The notes under the pieces were generated by a model that had not been told where the DNA came from, searched no databases, and saw only the letters and a list, made by a program, of their open reading frames with translations. The position numbers and the translations under genes are program-made. DNA of 64,000 bases from Octopus sinensis (Eukaryota). Location of the stretch: positions 66,340,001-66,404,000 of the forward strand of contig NC_043008.1 of the NCBI RefSeq assembly GCF_006345805.1. Direction: 5' to 3'. This document shows positions 24,904 through 37,922 of the stretch, in pieces. Position 1 is the stretch's first letter; each line of letters begins with the position of its first letter.

Positions 24904-25763
24904 CAGGATGCGGTGAATAAATTGTTGTCTAAATTACGCAAAAATGAAAATAACACTGACATCTCATTTTAACAGATATATTGACCAAAATTACATAAAA
25001 ATATCTTAAAATACTTAAGAGTAATTATTCAATAAAATTGCCTTTGGCATCAACCACAGCCTCCAGACGACTTTGGAATCTCCTGTAACTCTTCTTGACG
25101 ATCTCCTTGTTCAAGTTGGTGAATGCTGCCATGATCCTTGCTTTCATTTCATCTTTGGTGTTACAAGGAGTTTTGTTGGTCTCTTGCTCAACTGAGCCCC
25201 ACACATAATAATCAAGGGGGTTGCAGTCTGGGGAATTAGGTGGCCAGATGTTAGGGGTGATATGGTTGTAGAAATTGCCTGACAGCCATGACTGGGATCT
25301 CATGCTTGTGTGGCATGGTGCAGAGTCCTGTTGCCAGACATAGGGTCTTCCAGCAACCACCTTCTTGACCTAGAGCAGCACTATCTCCTCCAGGCACTTG
25401 ATGTAGGCTTCCATATTGAATCTAAGCTGTGTGGAAAGATGAATAAAGCCATAACATCGCCATCACTAGTGATCACTCCAAACACAATGATGTTGACTGG
25501 ATGTTTGACTTCTACATGTCCTCAGATTGATGCCCAAACATTCTGAAATGTTCGTATTGGAGCTTCCGGTGTGAATGCCAAGCAATACAGCATGATGTTT
25601 CCAAATTTCTGGCAGAGTGAATTGCATCAAGGTGCTGTTTTTCTCACAGATGATACCCAAATACATATACATTATACTTTGTAGTTGACAAACTCAAAAA
25701 CAAACAATGCACATGCATGAAATTGAAAATATAAAATGGCAACAATTTACATATTATACCCTG
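24904..25763 (-). mobile_element. Internally deleted Tc1/mariner element of the DD37D (maT) group
   Basis: TA followed by about 26-bp imperfect TIRs (caggatgcggtgaataaattgttg versus rc cagggtataatatgtaaattgttg). Transposase remnants: N-terminus (25466-25672) and C-terminus with QQD...WPPNSPDCNPLD, with exactly 37 aa between the two Asp residues. Confidence 0.92.
25025..25360 (-). pseudogene. DD37D transposase C-terminal fragment
   Basis: VWQQDSAPCH...IWPPNSPDCNPLDYYVWG...FQSRLEAVVDAKGNFIE; upstream stop, frameshift and deletion. Confidence 0.9.
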
Positions 25764-25796
25764 TGTATGTATGTATGTATGTATGTATATATATAT

Positions 25797-25950
25797 ATAT
25801 AAGAATGTTTTGTGTAATAAGATAAAAAACCCAAGGCTGTGTAGATATTAGAGCATTTATAGATAGGTCTAACAGGTCTTCTATCTATAAATGCTCTAAT
25901 ATCTACACAGCCTTGGTCTTTTTATCTTATTACGCAAAAAATTCTTATAT
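25797..25950. repeat. Near-perfect 70-bp inverted repeat (14-nt loop) beside (TA)n
   Basis: aagaatgttttgtgtaataagataaaaaacccaaggctgtgtagatattagagcatttatagatag / ctatctataaatgctctaatatctacacagccttggtctttttatcttattacgcaaaaaattctt. Confidence 0.95.
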
Positions 25951-26106
25951 ACACACGCTGACATAGAACCAATGTTGAACTCTTTATTCGCAATATTACC
26001 AAATCTGGAACTTAACTATGGTCTGTCTATAGCACTTATTCAGTATTACCTGACACCTTTGGGTCTCAATGAGATCATTATCTCTTATATATATATATAT
26101 CTATAT

Positions 26107-26281
26107 ATATATTGTTCAAAACAGTTTGCTTCAGATTCTGTGCTGCTTTACATTTCAAAACCCGTAACAGGAGCTTTTCCTGAGGCCAGTGGAAATCCGA
26201 AGCCCCCCCTCCCCCCATTGTTGGGAGGCTTGGAACTTAAAGTAGTACAGAGTCTGAATCAAACTGTTTTGAACAATATAT
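26107..26281. mobile_element. MITE-like element with 44-bp TIRs, flanked by TA repeats
   Basis: 26107-26150 versus the reverse complement of 26238-26281: 40/44 identical. Confidence 0.85.
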
Positions 26282-26545
26282 GTAACTCTCAATAAATGTG
26301 TTGAGTGTCCTTTCTTTCATTTGTCCACTCACTTGTGTGTGTATGTGTGAGTGTGTGTGTGTATATTAGAATTAGAAATATAAAGTTCTTGGTACAGTAT
26401 TATATATTTGAAGAAATGAGTTGAAATGGCTTTTCTGATAATCTTTCCACTTTAATTTCTTTTTATAAATTAGTTGTCAATAAATGAAAAATTATCAGAT
26501 AAGCCATTTCAATTCACACACACACACATACTCCTTTGAAACTTT

Positions 26546-26776
26546 ATTTAACCCTCCAGCATTCAAATTACTCTGTCAAATGTAATGTTTATTTATTCAC
26601 ATTGCTTTGAACTAATCATGCATTATTTTGTAACTTTAAGAGTTTGTATGAGGTAATAGTTAATTTTTAGTATGATAATGTAGGGTTGGTGCGAGAGGCC
26701 TGATCTGACCATTTTGAACATAAAACAGCTTGAAAATTTTGGCTGGACATAGCCAAATTGAATGCTAAAGAGTTAA
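26546..26776 (-). mobile_element. TTAA piggyBac-like MITE
   Basis: ttaaccctccagcattc...aatgctaaagagttaa. Confidence 0.8.
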
Positions 26777-27627
26777 AAGAGTATTATTATAAACTGCTAT
26801 GCAATCATTAAATCCAGCAGCTCTGTGACTCATCCAGATTTTTGGCATAAAGCACTTTATTTGAAAACATTTAAGGGTCATTATCAGAAATGGCATCTAC
26901 TGTAGAATGCTGCCTCAACAAGTCTTGTCTAATCCACATTAGCTTGGAGGGTGCAGAGAGCAGATGTAAAATTGTTGCTGATAATTTTGTGGTTTCTTAT
27001 GCACATTTATTTCGAAACTGTCAAGTTGCTTGTCATAGTTTATATGACAGCGAAAATGTGTGTGCGTGTATGTGTGTGTGTGTATGTGCACACATATAGA
27101 AAACCTTACTCAAACACACTTACACCAGTGTAGCTAGAGTCTTGAGGAATTCAGGTACTTAGAGATATGTTCCATCGACAATAATGTTTTTCAAATCAAA
27201 TTAGACCATTTCTGAAGTTCTTTCGTATAATTGATATTCTTGAAAACAAAGAGCAATAACTAACATCCTCTCCAAGAATGGAAGCAGTCACTTTAGAGCC
27301 TAAGTGATCTTAACTGAACATACACACGCACACATACTCACATGTGTACACGTATTTGTATACATGTGCACATGCATTTGTACATATGTACTATCACATA
27401 CATGCATATACATACATTCATTTGCACACACACTCACACATATACGCATTTATATAGACTAATATATGACTGTGTGTATTCATATACACACAACCGAATA
27501 TATTTACTTATGAAGTATATGTATATAAATATATAATTAGTGATGTGCATACTACTAGAAACTGATTTCAAATTGCCAATACTTCAAAATTCATTTTGGA
27601 ACAGTAAGAATAAACAAAAGTGCTGGA

Positions 27628-27795
27628 CTACTGCTACTACTACTATTACTACTACTACTGCTACTACTACTACTACTAGTAGTGGTGGTGGTGGTGGTGG
27701 TGGTGGTAGTTGTAGTGGTGGTGGTGGTGGTGGTAGTAGTGGTAGTGGTAGTAGTAGTGGTAGTAGTAGTGGTAGTAGTAGTGGTAGCAGTGGTG
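27628..27795. repeat. (CTA)n to (TAG/GGT)n trinucleotide repeat switch
   Basis: Seen directly; the switch centre is actagt. Confidence 0.9.
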
Positions 27796-28371
27796 GTTGG
27801 ATTGGGGTGAGGAAATGAGCACTGTGATTATTTTTGAATCTTAGAAAATTGTTAACTTGATTTTATGCGCAGTTAATTGATTATTTCTGCTTTTCTGACT
27901 TTTTTGAAGTACTGCGTGTATATATATATACACACACACAACATCAGTACTAGATAACTTTTGAAGGGTTCTGTACTTCGTTATCTTTCTGTTATTGATC
28001 TTGGAATTTGTGGTATTGATTTTGGTATTTTGCTGGCTGTAGTAGTTGTCTGGTACTATGGTAGTAAAATTTGTTGGCCCTTTGTTTGTTACAGAACTGG
28101 AGTCTGTTGTTGTCATCATTTTTTGGTTGAATCATTAAAGTACCAGACAAAATGCCACATGGTATTTATTTCAGCTCATTACATTTTGAGTTCAAATTCC
28201 ACTGTGGTCAGCTTGGTTTTTCACCTTATCCAGAGTTGATAGAATAATTATCACTATAGTATTGGGATCTATGTACTCAATTGACCTCTGTCCTTCAAAA
28301 TTGCATTGCTGGCTTTCTATATCACACTGGCAGTATTTTGTCTGCCTTTATGCTCTAAGTTCAAATTCCAC

Positions 28372-28428
<57 letters not shown>

Positions 28429-28520
28429 GATATTGATTAGATACTAGGAAAGCTTAATCCAATTACTCTAATCTTCTATTAGTTTTTGGTAGAATTGTGA
28501 CCACAGAGCTATGTCCATGT

Positions 28521-28564
<44 letters not shown>

Positions 28565-28641
28565 TTATATCTCTTTTTTTCTGTGTATGTGTGTGTGTGC
28601 ACATAAATATCAAAGAATGAGAATGAATGCTTAACACTGTA

Positions 28642-28765
28642 TTGGAGCACTGCCTTAAAGGGTTTTTAGTTACAGAAATTGACCCCAGGACTTACTCTTT
28701 GCCAAACCGCTAAGTTACGGAGATGTAAACACACCAACATCGGTTGTCAAGCGATGGTTGGGAGA

Positions 28766-28820
<55 letters not shown>

Positions 28821-28977
28821 ATAGACTTCTTTCAGTTTCTGTCTACCAAATCCACTCACAAGTCATTGTTCAGCCTGAGGCTATAGTAGAAGACACTTGC
28901 CCAAGGTGTCATACAGTGGTACTGAACCTGGAACCTTGTGGCTGGGAAGCAAGCTTCTTACCACACAGCCATGCCTG
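28642..28977 (-). mobile_element. SINE family A
   Basis: ttggagcactgcc...cttctttcagtttctgtctaccaaatccactcac...gaacctggaaccttgtggctgggaagcaagcttc. Confidence 0.88.
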
Positions 28978-29519
28978 TGTATTGTGCATATATGTATGCA
29001 TACACACACACCGATGCACACATAGACACACATACATATATGTATATGATTCAGGTTCTATACCTCATACATTCAACGCATTCCACACCAATATTATATG
29101 TTCTTAAACATGTATTTATATTTTGGAAAATATTTATTTGCCATGGAAAATCTGATATTTGATTCGCATCACAAGTGTCCCCTATTGCTTACATCCTATT
29201 ACATGTATTTAACCATGCCCTTGTACAAGATACTTCATTTTCTTAGTGTTCCTCTTTTCTGCTTTGTCCCTCAATACTTGGCTTATGTCTTCAATAAACC
29301 TCAGTTTCAGTTCTCAATTGAAACTCTTAACATCCAGTAAACATCCTGTTTGGATGGAAACACTGATGTCTCATTTCTCCGTCATCATGCTTTTGGATCC
29401 TTTTATCAAAAGTACTTTGGTCCGGCTTGGCACCAGAAAGTCTTGCACATTTCATCACATCCTTAAAAATTACTGTTCTCCTCTTCATTTGCATACTCCC
29501 ATTGTTTGTTCCTATTACT

Positions 29520-29742
29520 AACCTTTGAGCATTTAAACCAGCCTTATCCAACCAAAATATTTAATATGTTTTTAGTTGAAACTAACAAGATCCGGCCTCT
29601 CACCTCAACTCTACAATGTCATTCTAATATAAAACAATCACATCAGCAAAGTCTCTAAACTACAAGATAAGCTTGATTATTTCAAAACAATATAAATAAA
29701 CAAATATTATATTTGAAGGTTAATCTGATCACTAAAGGGTTA
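29520..29742 (+). mobile_element. TTAA piggyBac-like MITE, decayed
   Basis: aacctttgagcatttaaaccagcc...actaaagggttaa. Confidence 0.7.
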
Positions 29743-30065
29743 AACAGCTGGGTGTTTCTTCTTTGCTGGACAAATGTCCAAAGAGCCTGAAATGGTTGTC
29801 ATATATTGCTGGTTTCTTAATTTGTAGGATTGTAGAACAGCTGGTGTTAGCTGGACAGACTGAGGCCCATGTAGTTATGTCCTTTGTCTTAGTAACTCAG
29901 TATCAATGAGAGTGGCAATGGTTGCTCTCATGACTATGTTAGCAGTAGGGGAAACATTATGCAACTATATAACACAATAGAGTTTGAGTTACCCTCATTT
30001 CTATTCTCAAATATTTATGAAGAAATGAGTAAATTCAGAGTAGTAACAGAATGATGCTTCAATTC

Positions 30066-30100
<35 letters not shown>

Positions 30101-32939
30101 TGATTGTTTTAATGTCCTCCTTTCCATACTTGCATGGGTCTGAGAGTTTATTGAGGCAAATTTTCTGTGACTGGATACCCTTCTTGTTGCCAATCCTCAC
30201 CTTTTTCCAAGGAAGAGAATACTTCTCTATGACCAGACATATTTACACAGAACATTGGAAATAAATGACACTGCTTGTATGACAGTGACACTCATTTACA
30301 ACTATTATGCAATGTTAAGACGAGGGGACACAAACATACTCACACATATATGCATGCATACATACATACATACATACATACATATGTACATACGTACAGA
30401 TACACAGACACACACACAACAGGCTTCTATCAGTTTGTGTGTACAAATCTACTTACAAAGCTCTGTCAGCCCAGGGCTTTCATAGAAGACTCTCTTACCC
30501 AAGGTACCAGGCTGTGGGATTGAACCCAAAAACATGTGCCCAGGAAGCAAATGTCTTAACTATACAGCCATGCCTGCACCTGATATATATATATATCATT
30601 GTTGTTTTATGTATATGGGTTTGTGTGTGTTTGCTTACATTTTCTCTCTACAAACATCATGAGCTACAAGTGTTGTTTGTTGGTAATTTCTCCTGTCAGG
30701 GGATTGTCTGCTCACTTCACACCTTTGATGACCTGTGAAATAAAAACAATCTCTTACTTGCAAAATGGGTACAGGTTAGAGACAGGAAGGGCATTCGACT
30801 GTAAAATAATGTTGCATTGATATATTCATCTAACCCATGCTAGATCGGAAAAAACGACATAAAACATTCAAAGAAATGAATTAACAAAGTAACTTCTTCG
30901 TTCATTAAGAGGATGTTTTGAACATAACTTACTGATATGTTCTTATGAAATTGTGTTAGAAAGTTTAAATGTAGATGCAAACTGTAAAACAGGACGTTCT
31001 GTATAAAAGAACTAGAGGAGATCAAAAGAGTTAATAGGCTCCAGTGTGAGTATTCACTCCAAGAGTTCCTGAAATTGGCAGATCAGTTTCCTCCACGACA
31101 CCACTCTCAACAGTGTAAAGCAACAGTAATAACAGCTGCAACTGCAACAGCAGTAACAGAACATGTGCAGCAATAGCATTGCATAGTGAGAGCAAATGCA
31201 TGAGGTTTTCTTTAAGAAGAAAAAGACAGATTAAATCAAGACAAAATAGCTGAAAGTGCATCAGTCATCTTACTTATTATAGCAGTATGTATTTGCAGAT
31301 GCAGATTATCATGCATGCGTGTGTGTGCAACAATAATTTTTGTAGTAGTAGTGGTGGCAGTAGTAGTAGTAGTAGTAGTGGTGGTGGTGGTGGTGGTGGT
31401 GGTAGTAGTAGTAATTGTAGAATGTTTCAGAGGATGTAGTGTTTGTAACAATCAGAATTAGCAATAATTACAGTTGTTGCAGATGCAAAATATTGTGGAA
31501 GAATGCATGTGTGTGTGTGTGTGTGTTACTATATATTGCTGCTGCTGTTGTTGTTGTTGTTGTTAAGCAACAAGACGGGTAAGGGTGATTAGGTGATGGT
31601 CCAGGGCTTAGGGGCAGGAGACCCCAGACCTTGGAAAAAAAAACTTTGGTCATCTTGTTGTAGTCGAGGGCTCTTCATTGATGCTCAACACCACTGGGAG
31701 GTGGAGATCTCCAGGTTCAAATTCTTGGATGGCTGTTGCTGCTGCTGTTACTACTACTACTACTAATGTTAATACAGATTTTGCCTCAAGGCCAGCAATG
31801 TGCTGGGTGGAAGGGGTTTGTTGGATACAATCAACCCCAGTATTTGACTGGTACTTTATCTACATCAAAAGGATGAAAGGTGAAGTTCAGCTGAGTAGGG
31901 TTTGAACTCATAGTAAAAAGTGCTGGTAGAAATGCTGCAAAGTATATATTTTTTTTTCCAATGATTCTACCAGTCCATTAGTGTATCAGACAAAATGCTT
32001 TGCAGTACTTGGCTAATCCTATAGCATTCGGATTACTGTCAAATAAAATGCATATTTATTCATATTAATCATGCATTATCTCATAGCTTTGAGATTTCAA
32101 TGATGTGACTGTTTATTTTTCAAATGACATTGTAGGGTATGTGTGAGAGGCAGGATCTAGCTGGTTTGAACAAAAACCAGGTAGAGTATTTGGGCTAGAT
32201 TTGGCCAATTTAAATATTAAGGCATTAAACGGGCCATATTCAGCCCAAATAATTTGTCTTATGTTCAAACTGACTGGATTTGACCTCTCACACTTACCCT
32301 ATAATTTGTGAATTGTAATGTTTATTCAAAACATAACTAAAGAATTGTGATTCCAAATTAGTTGGCTCTTTAAGAAGACCTATTTACAATCTGAGAAACA
32401 AATGTATTCTTGGTTTATTATAGATAATACAAATAAATTATCTTGTTTGTTGTAGAGACTCTTTTTTTTCTTTTTTTTTTTTTTGTTGTGGGTTTTGTCA
32501 GAGGTGAAAGAGCTATACTCATGACTTCTTGCAAGACTTGAAACCTTGCTTTCTCAGACTCATTATCTTGCTTTCTCAGACTCATGAACTTAACCTGAAT
32601 GCTTGCAACAGAAATAATTCTCCAAAGGACATTTATTTAACTTGATAATAAAAGTGTGAGAAAAATTATCTAATATCTCCCCTCACACACACATATGAGA
32701 GAGAGAAGTAGTCTGCCCCTATTCAAAATTTGACCACTTCTAGTGAGTAAGTGGCTTTTGAGTCTTGAGAGTTGTTTGAAATTTGCTTTACCAACAATAC
32801 AAATATGTTTCACCTCAAGTGTTGCTTGTCTTGACAGATTTGTGTATAGTTAAATGCCTTTTTAGATCAGCACAGGACTTGCATGCTTCATTACACACAC
32901 ACACACACACTCATATATCATATAGTTCAAATTTACAAA

Positions 32940-33120
32940 AAGACAAAGACAGGTGAGGGAACAAGAAAGTGTATTAGTTTGACACTCAGGAAGAATGGAA
33001 AAGTCGTTGACGTTTCGAGCCTGCGCACTTTGTCAGAAAGGATTGAAAGGAAAAGGAAATGGAGAGAGAACAAAAACAAAAACAGAAAAATGTGCAGGGA
33101 TTAACAGTTCAACATGATAA
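32940..33120 (-). mobile_element. Dispersed repeat carrying a decayed type I hammerhead (family H2)
   Basis: Minus strand CCTTT-CTGACAA-AGTGC-GCAG-GCTC-GAAAC-GTC-AACG (33001-33041); homologous to 41750 and 46140. Confidence 0.65.
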
Positions 33121-34207
33121 GATCAGAAGAGAGAGGCTGAGTGAAAGGGAGATAACAATGGTGACTCAGGTGAACTAAGGTGCACAAGTGCATGTATGTA
33201 TGTGAGAATGGTGTATCTGAATGTGTGTGTGAAGCAGGGTGAGCACATGTGAATGTATGTGTGGGCAAGCTTAAAATTATGTGGGCCTGTGTGCATTATA
33301 TATATATTATATTTTCAGATACCAATAACTCATATATGACCTCTGCTGTGTTACATGACTTTTTTCCTTTTTCCCCTTATATTTTTTTGTTTACGGAGAT
33401 GACTTTTGCTGAAGCAACTGTTTTTACATAGGAAAGCTTACAGAAGAGAGTATAAAATATGGTAATGAAAGGTTCAAGTTCAATTGCCAGACTGTTTTTA
33501 CATTTAGATGTTTTTCCAACAGCTAGTCACTCAACCTTGAAAGATATGTGAAGCTTGGTTGTGTACTAACATAGCTCTTTGTGTACTCACACAGCCTTGT
33601 GTGTACTAGCATTAGCATAGCTGTATATATTATAGTACTAATATAGTTATATCAGCAACATATAGGCATAAAGTTTCAATTTTAAATACAAAGGAACAGG
33701 AAAAATGAGAGATAAGAAAAGAAGAGACAAGACAGGAAAAGAAAAGGAAAAAGTAAGAATAAAGCAGCATAAGGCGGAGGGAAGGGGTGATGGGCCACAT
33801 ACCCCAGAGCAAATGGTGTGTTCAGCCATACCCCACAGTAATGACTGTAATGGCGTTGTGGAGAATGGCCACCAACACTCACTGCAACAACCACTCCACC
33901 TTGCAGGTCTCATTTCTCTGATGTGCTGGCATTACCCCTGTTTTGTGGAGGAAATCAGTAATATGAGGTCCAAGAACCATCTGGAATTGTAAATGAGGGT
34001 TGTTGTTAGTTACATTACCTCATTGCCTTCTAGTCTCAGCAATTGGTTTGTATTTTATTTTATTAACTCCTGAAATGAGGAAAAAAAACAAAGTTGGCCT
34101 TGTTAGGATTTGAACCTGGATTGTAAAAGGTTCTTAACTAAATATTTCTGGGCATTTTGTCCAACATACTTATGATTCAGCCAATTCACCATCATTATGG
34201 TCAATAC

Positions 34208-34440
34208 AATAGTAGAGGCACATAGCTTAGTGGGTAAGATGTTGGACTCCTGATTGTAAGATTGTGGTTTCAATTCCTGGACCGAGCAATGCATTGTATT
34301 CTTGAGCAAAACACTTCATTTCTCATTGCTCCAGTCTACTCAGTAGGCAAAAATGAGTAACGCTGAGATGGACTGGCGTCTCATCCAGGGAGGAACATAT
34401 ATGCCAGAGAAACCTGAAAACTGGCCCTATGTTCCTTATG
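34208..34440 (+). mobile_element. SINE family D-type monomer
   Basis: gaggcacatagcttagtgggtaagatgttggactcc...ggtttcaattcctggacc...cttgagcaaaacacttcattt. Confidence 0.8.
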
Positions 34441-34488
34441 AAGTAATGTGGTTTAAACATATTTAATACCACAGAATAATTTTATATA

Positions 34489-34721
34489 CAATATATTTTC
34501 TTGCATATGAGTCAAATTTTGTAGACCAAAATTTACAACCAAAAGTGGTAGGTCGACTTATACACCAAGACATCTTTGGAAGATCAAAACCTCCATGTGA
34601 AATCTAACAGGATTTGGGATGACAGTGAGGATTTTTGAAAGTTTACACTCACTATATACTACATCGACTTGTAAACCTGAAACCACAGTATTGAACCGTT
34701 TTGTATGTGCTAATTTTACGG
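34489..34721. mobile_element. pogo/Tigger-like MITE, decayed
   Basis: TA-flanked; decayed ends caatatattttc... and ...aattttacgg-ta; internal ggtcgacttatacac motif. Confidence 0.5.
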
Positions 34722-35149
34722 TATATTGTATATAATACTATTGTATTTTCGAGTGTAGTATGGTGTTAACCTAGCAGTATGTTTACTATAATACTGACAT
34801 AGTTTTATATGAAGTATAGCGTGAATCCACCTCTCTACTTAATATAATAGCTAGCTTAGTTTTCTCTGTAGTATAGTCTGAACCTAACAGTATATTTACA
34901 AGCTACTAGCATGGTTATACATGCAGTGTAGTGCAAATCTTGTTGTGTATTCATTATAATATCAATATAGCAGAGATATAGTGGTCAAGATAAAAATATA
35001 TAAAATCTGATGTTAGCGGAAATATTCAGGAAAGAATTTGCGTACCCTCATACATTCTATCAATAATGGCCTTTTGTAGTTGGAAAGATAAAGGAATGAT
35101 GTCACAAAAGGATTGCTTGTAGCCTGAAGGCAAACTTCTAAGCCTACAC

Positions 35150-35156
35150 ATATTAC

Positions 35157-35188
<32 letters not shown>

Positions 35189-35205
35189 CATACACACACA
35201 CATGC

Positions 35206-35263
<58 letters not shown>

Positions 35264-35600
35264 CATGCACACACATGCATATATATATACATACATACAT
35301 ACACACACATGCATATATATATATACATACACACACACACACATGCATATATGTATATATATACACATACACACACACACATGCATATATATATATATAC
35401 ACATACACATATACATACATACATGCACATACACACACACATGCACATATATATATACATACACATTCACACACATATGCACATATATATATATATATAT
35501 ATACACATACACACACACATGCACACACACACATATATATATATACATACACACATACACGCATATGTATATATATGTATGTGCATGTATGTACATGTGC
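35150..35600. repeat. Compound TA/CA microsatellite
   Basis: Seen directly. Confidence 0.97.
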
Positions 35601-37664
35601 AGTCATGACAATATGTTTGTGCTTGTTTGTCCACATTCATGTGTGAGTGGTCGAGCATTATAATAGTATGCAGATACTACGTTGCATATGTAACAACAAT
35701 AGAAATCAGCAGGTGATGCAGAATGTTTTAGCATCTCCTTAAGACTCATATATTAAAATACTGTTTGTTGTGATTCGTTATTGTAGTAGTAGAAGTAGTA
35801 GTAGTAGTAGCAGCAGCAGCAGCACTTGTTGTTGTTGTTGTTGTCATGTTATATCTGGTGTGGTGTAGTCATTATTGTAGTTGCGATTATTGCTGCAGTT
35901 GTTGTTTATCAGAAAAAAAATCAACATATGCATCCTCAGGCACAAAATATTCTTTCTCTCTCTCTCACTTTCTTGCACGTGCGCATGCACGCATATACAT
36001 GCACACAAATGTACTCACATATATGCAAAAATTTTATCACGTAACCCAAAAGGAAAAAAAAAAACTTTGCAAATATCAAACCGATTCTCTTCACTTTAGA
36101 GACGACTCTGTGATAGCAATCTACCCCCCCACTGGAAAAATGCAAAATTTGCATACTTCTCCAACCCACATACTAAGGATAGGGATAATGATTAAGGTGT
36201 TGACAGTAAAGATATATATATAAAATTCCTATGTCCTATACATGTATATATTCATATTTTGTAAACAGTAATTTCAGATATACATGTGTGGCTGTGTAAT
36301 AAGAAGCTTGCTTCCCAACCACATGGTTCTGGGTTCTTGCCTTGCTACATCAAATATACTTGCATCTATTTTACTATTTAGTTTCCATGCAGTGGGTGTA
36401 CCTGGGTATTTTCCCCCAATCATACTTTTAACAAATATGCTAGCTCTACCAGTCTTTGTTTCTCTCTGTATACTGCTCTTTTTCTGTCTTTCTCTTTCAC
36501 CTTTTTCCCTCTCCTCTCCCTGACTCTCTCTCACTATATCTATCCATCTATCTAATCCTTTCTATTAGAAAATAAAAGATTCTCCAAGAAAGATACCACC
36601 TGCTGTTCTTTATCTTTTATTATACATTTTTTTTAGCATATTGATTTTTTTGTTTGTTTTTCTTCCATTCCTATAGAGAAATAATTCTTCAAAGCTATGT
36701 AAAAGATTTCCATTCTTGTCTTTTAATAGAATCTGAATAACTGGGTCATATTTAAAATGGAACCCAAACCAGTCTTCTATTTACCAATTCTGATTGAATT
36801 TAACTCCTCATTTTTGTTTACTTTTTTCTTTTGAATAAATTTAAACTTTTTGTCTGATTTGATTAGTTTAACAAACAAATGATTTTTATCTTTAACTAGT
36901 CATTATGTAGCTTGGTAGGCAGGCAGGGAGGCTCCTATTGTTATTGAACTGCCTTTAGTATGTTATATGTGCTGTTTATACTGGCCTTGGAGAAATACAG
37001 GAATAATATAAGATAGTGAATTGGCATTTGGCAATCATCAGAGCATTGGATAGGTTATTGCCTCTAAGTCCAAATTCCACTGAAGTCAAACAAAATATTC
37101 TATATGTTTTGTATTCAAACTGGCAATATCTGGCCCTTCACACCTTCTCTACAATGTCATTCTAAAAATAAACAATCATATTGTTGAAATTTTGAAGCTA
37201 TGAGATAATGCATGATTAATACACAACAATGTGAATAAGTATTACATGACAGTAACCTGAGTGCTGAAGGGCTAAGCAGTGTCCACTCTGTTTACAAACT
37301 CTCAGGCTAGGTCCCTTGTTTCAGGATATCTTTATCTGTCCCTCCTACTAGTCTTTGACCTGTACTCTGACTTTTGGTTGACTATCTGTAACGTTATATG
37401 TCCACTTTAGCAAGGATGAAAGAGTTATACATCAACAGTTTCAATATTGGTTACTGTTTTTATTATGAACAAATGATAGAGCCTCTTCATGGTTAGACAT
37501 AGCAGCTAAAATTCCCTTAGATAAAACCTTGCTGCTCTAAAAAAAGAAAAAAATGGGCTATATCATATTAGGTACTCTTGGATGTACAAAAGATAAGACA
37601 ATTAAGGCTTGAACATTTCTGATTATGGGACTGTCCAGTCAGAGCTGTCCTGGGGCTAAATAAT

Positions 37665-37879
37665 CCTTTCTACTATAGGCACAAGGCCTGAAATTTTGGG
37701 AGTGGGGGATAGTTGATTGCATCAACCCCAGTGTTTCACTGGTACTTAATTTATCAACCCCAAAAGGATGAAAGGCAAAGTTGACCGCAGCGGAATTTGA
37801 ACTCAGAACACAGTAACAGGTGAAATACCGCTAAGCATTTCGTCCAGCATGCTAACTATTCTGGCAGCTTGCCACCTTT
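37665..37879 (-). mobile_element. SINE family B with a perfect 15-bp target-site duplication
   Basis: ctggggctaaataat at 37650-37664 and 37880-37894. Confidence 0.92.
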
Positions 37880-37922
37880 CTGGGGCTAAATAATAACACC
37901 TCTATTACTGTGATAGTTATTA

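Noticed and set aside
27841-28119. T/N-rich 92-aa minus-strand ORF
   Set aside because: Low complexity, runs into microsatellite, and has no recognisable domain or clear splice sites.
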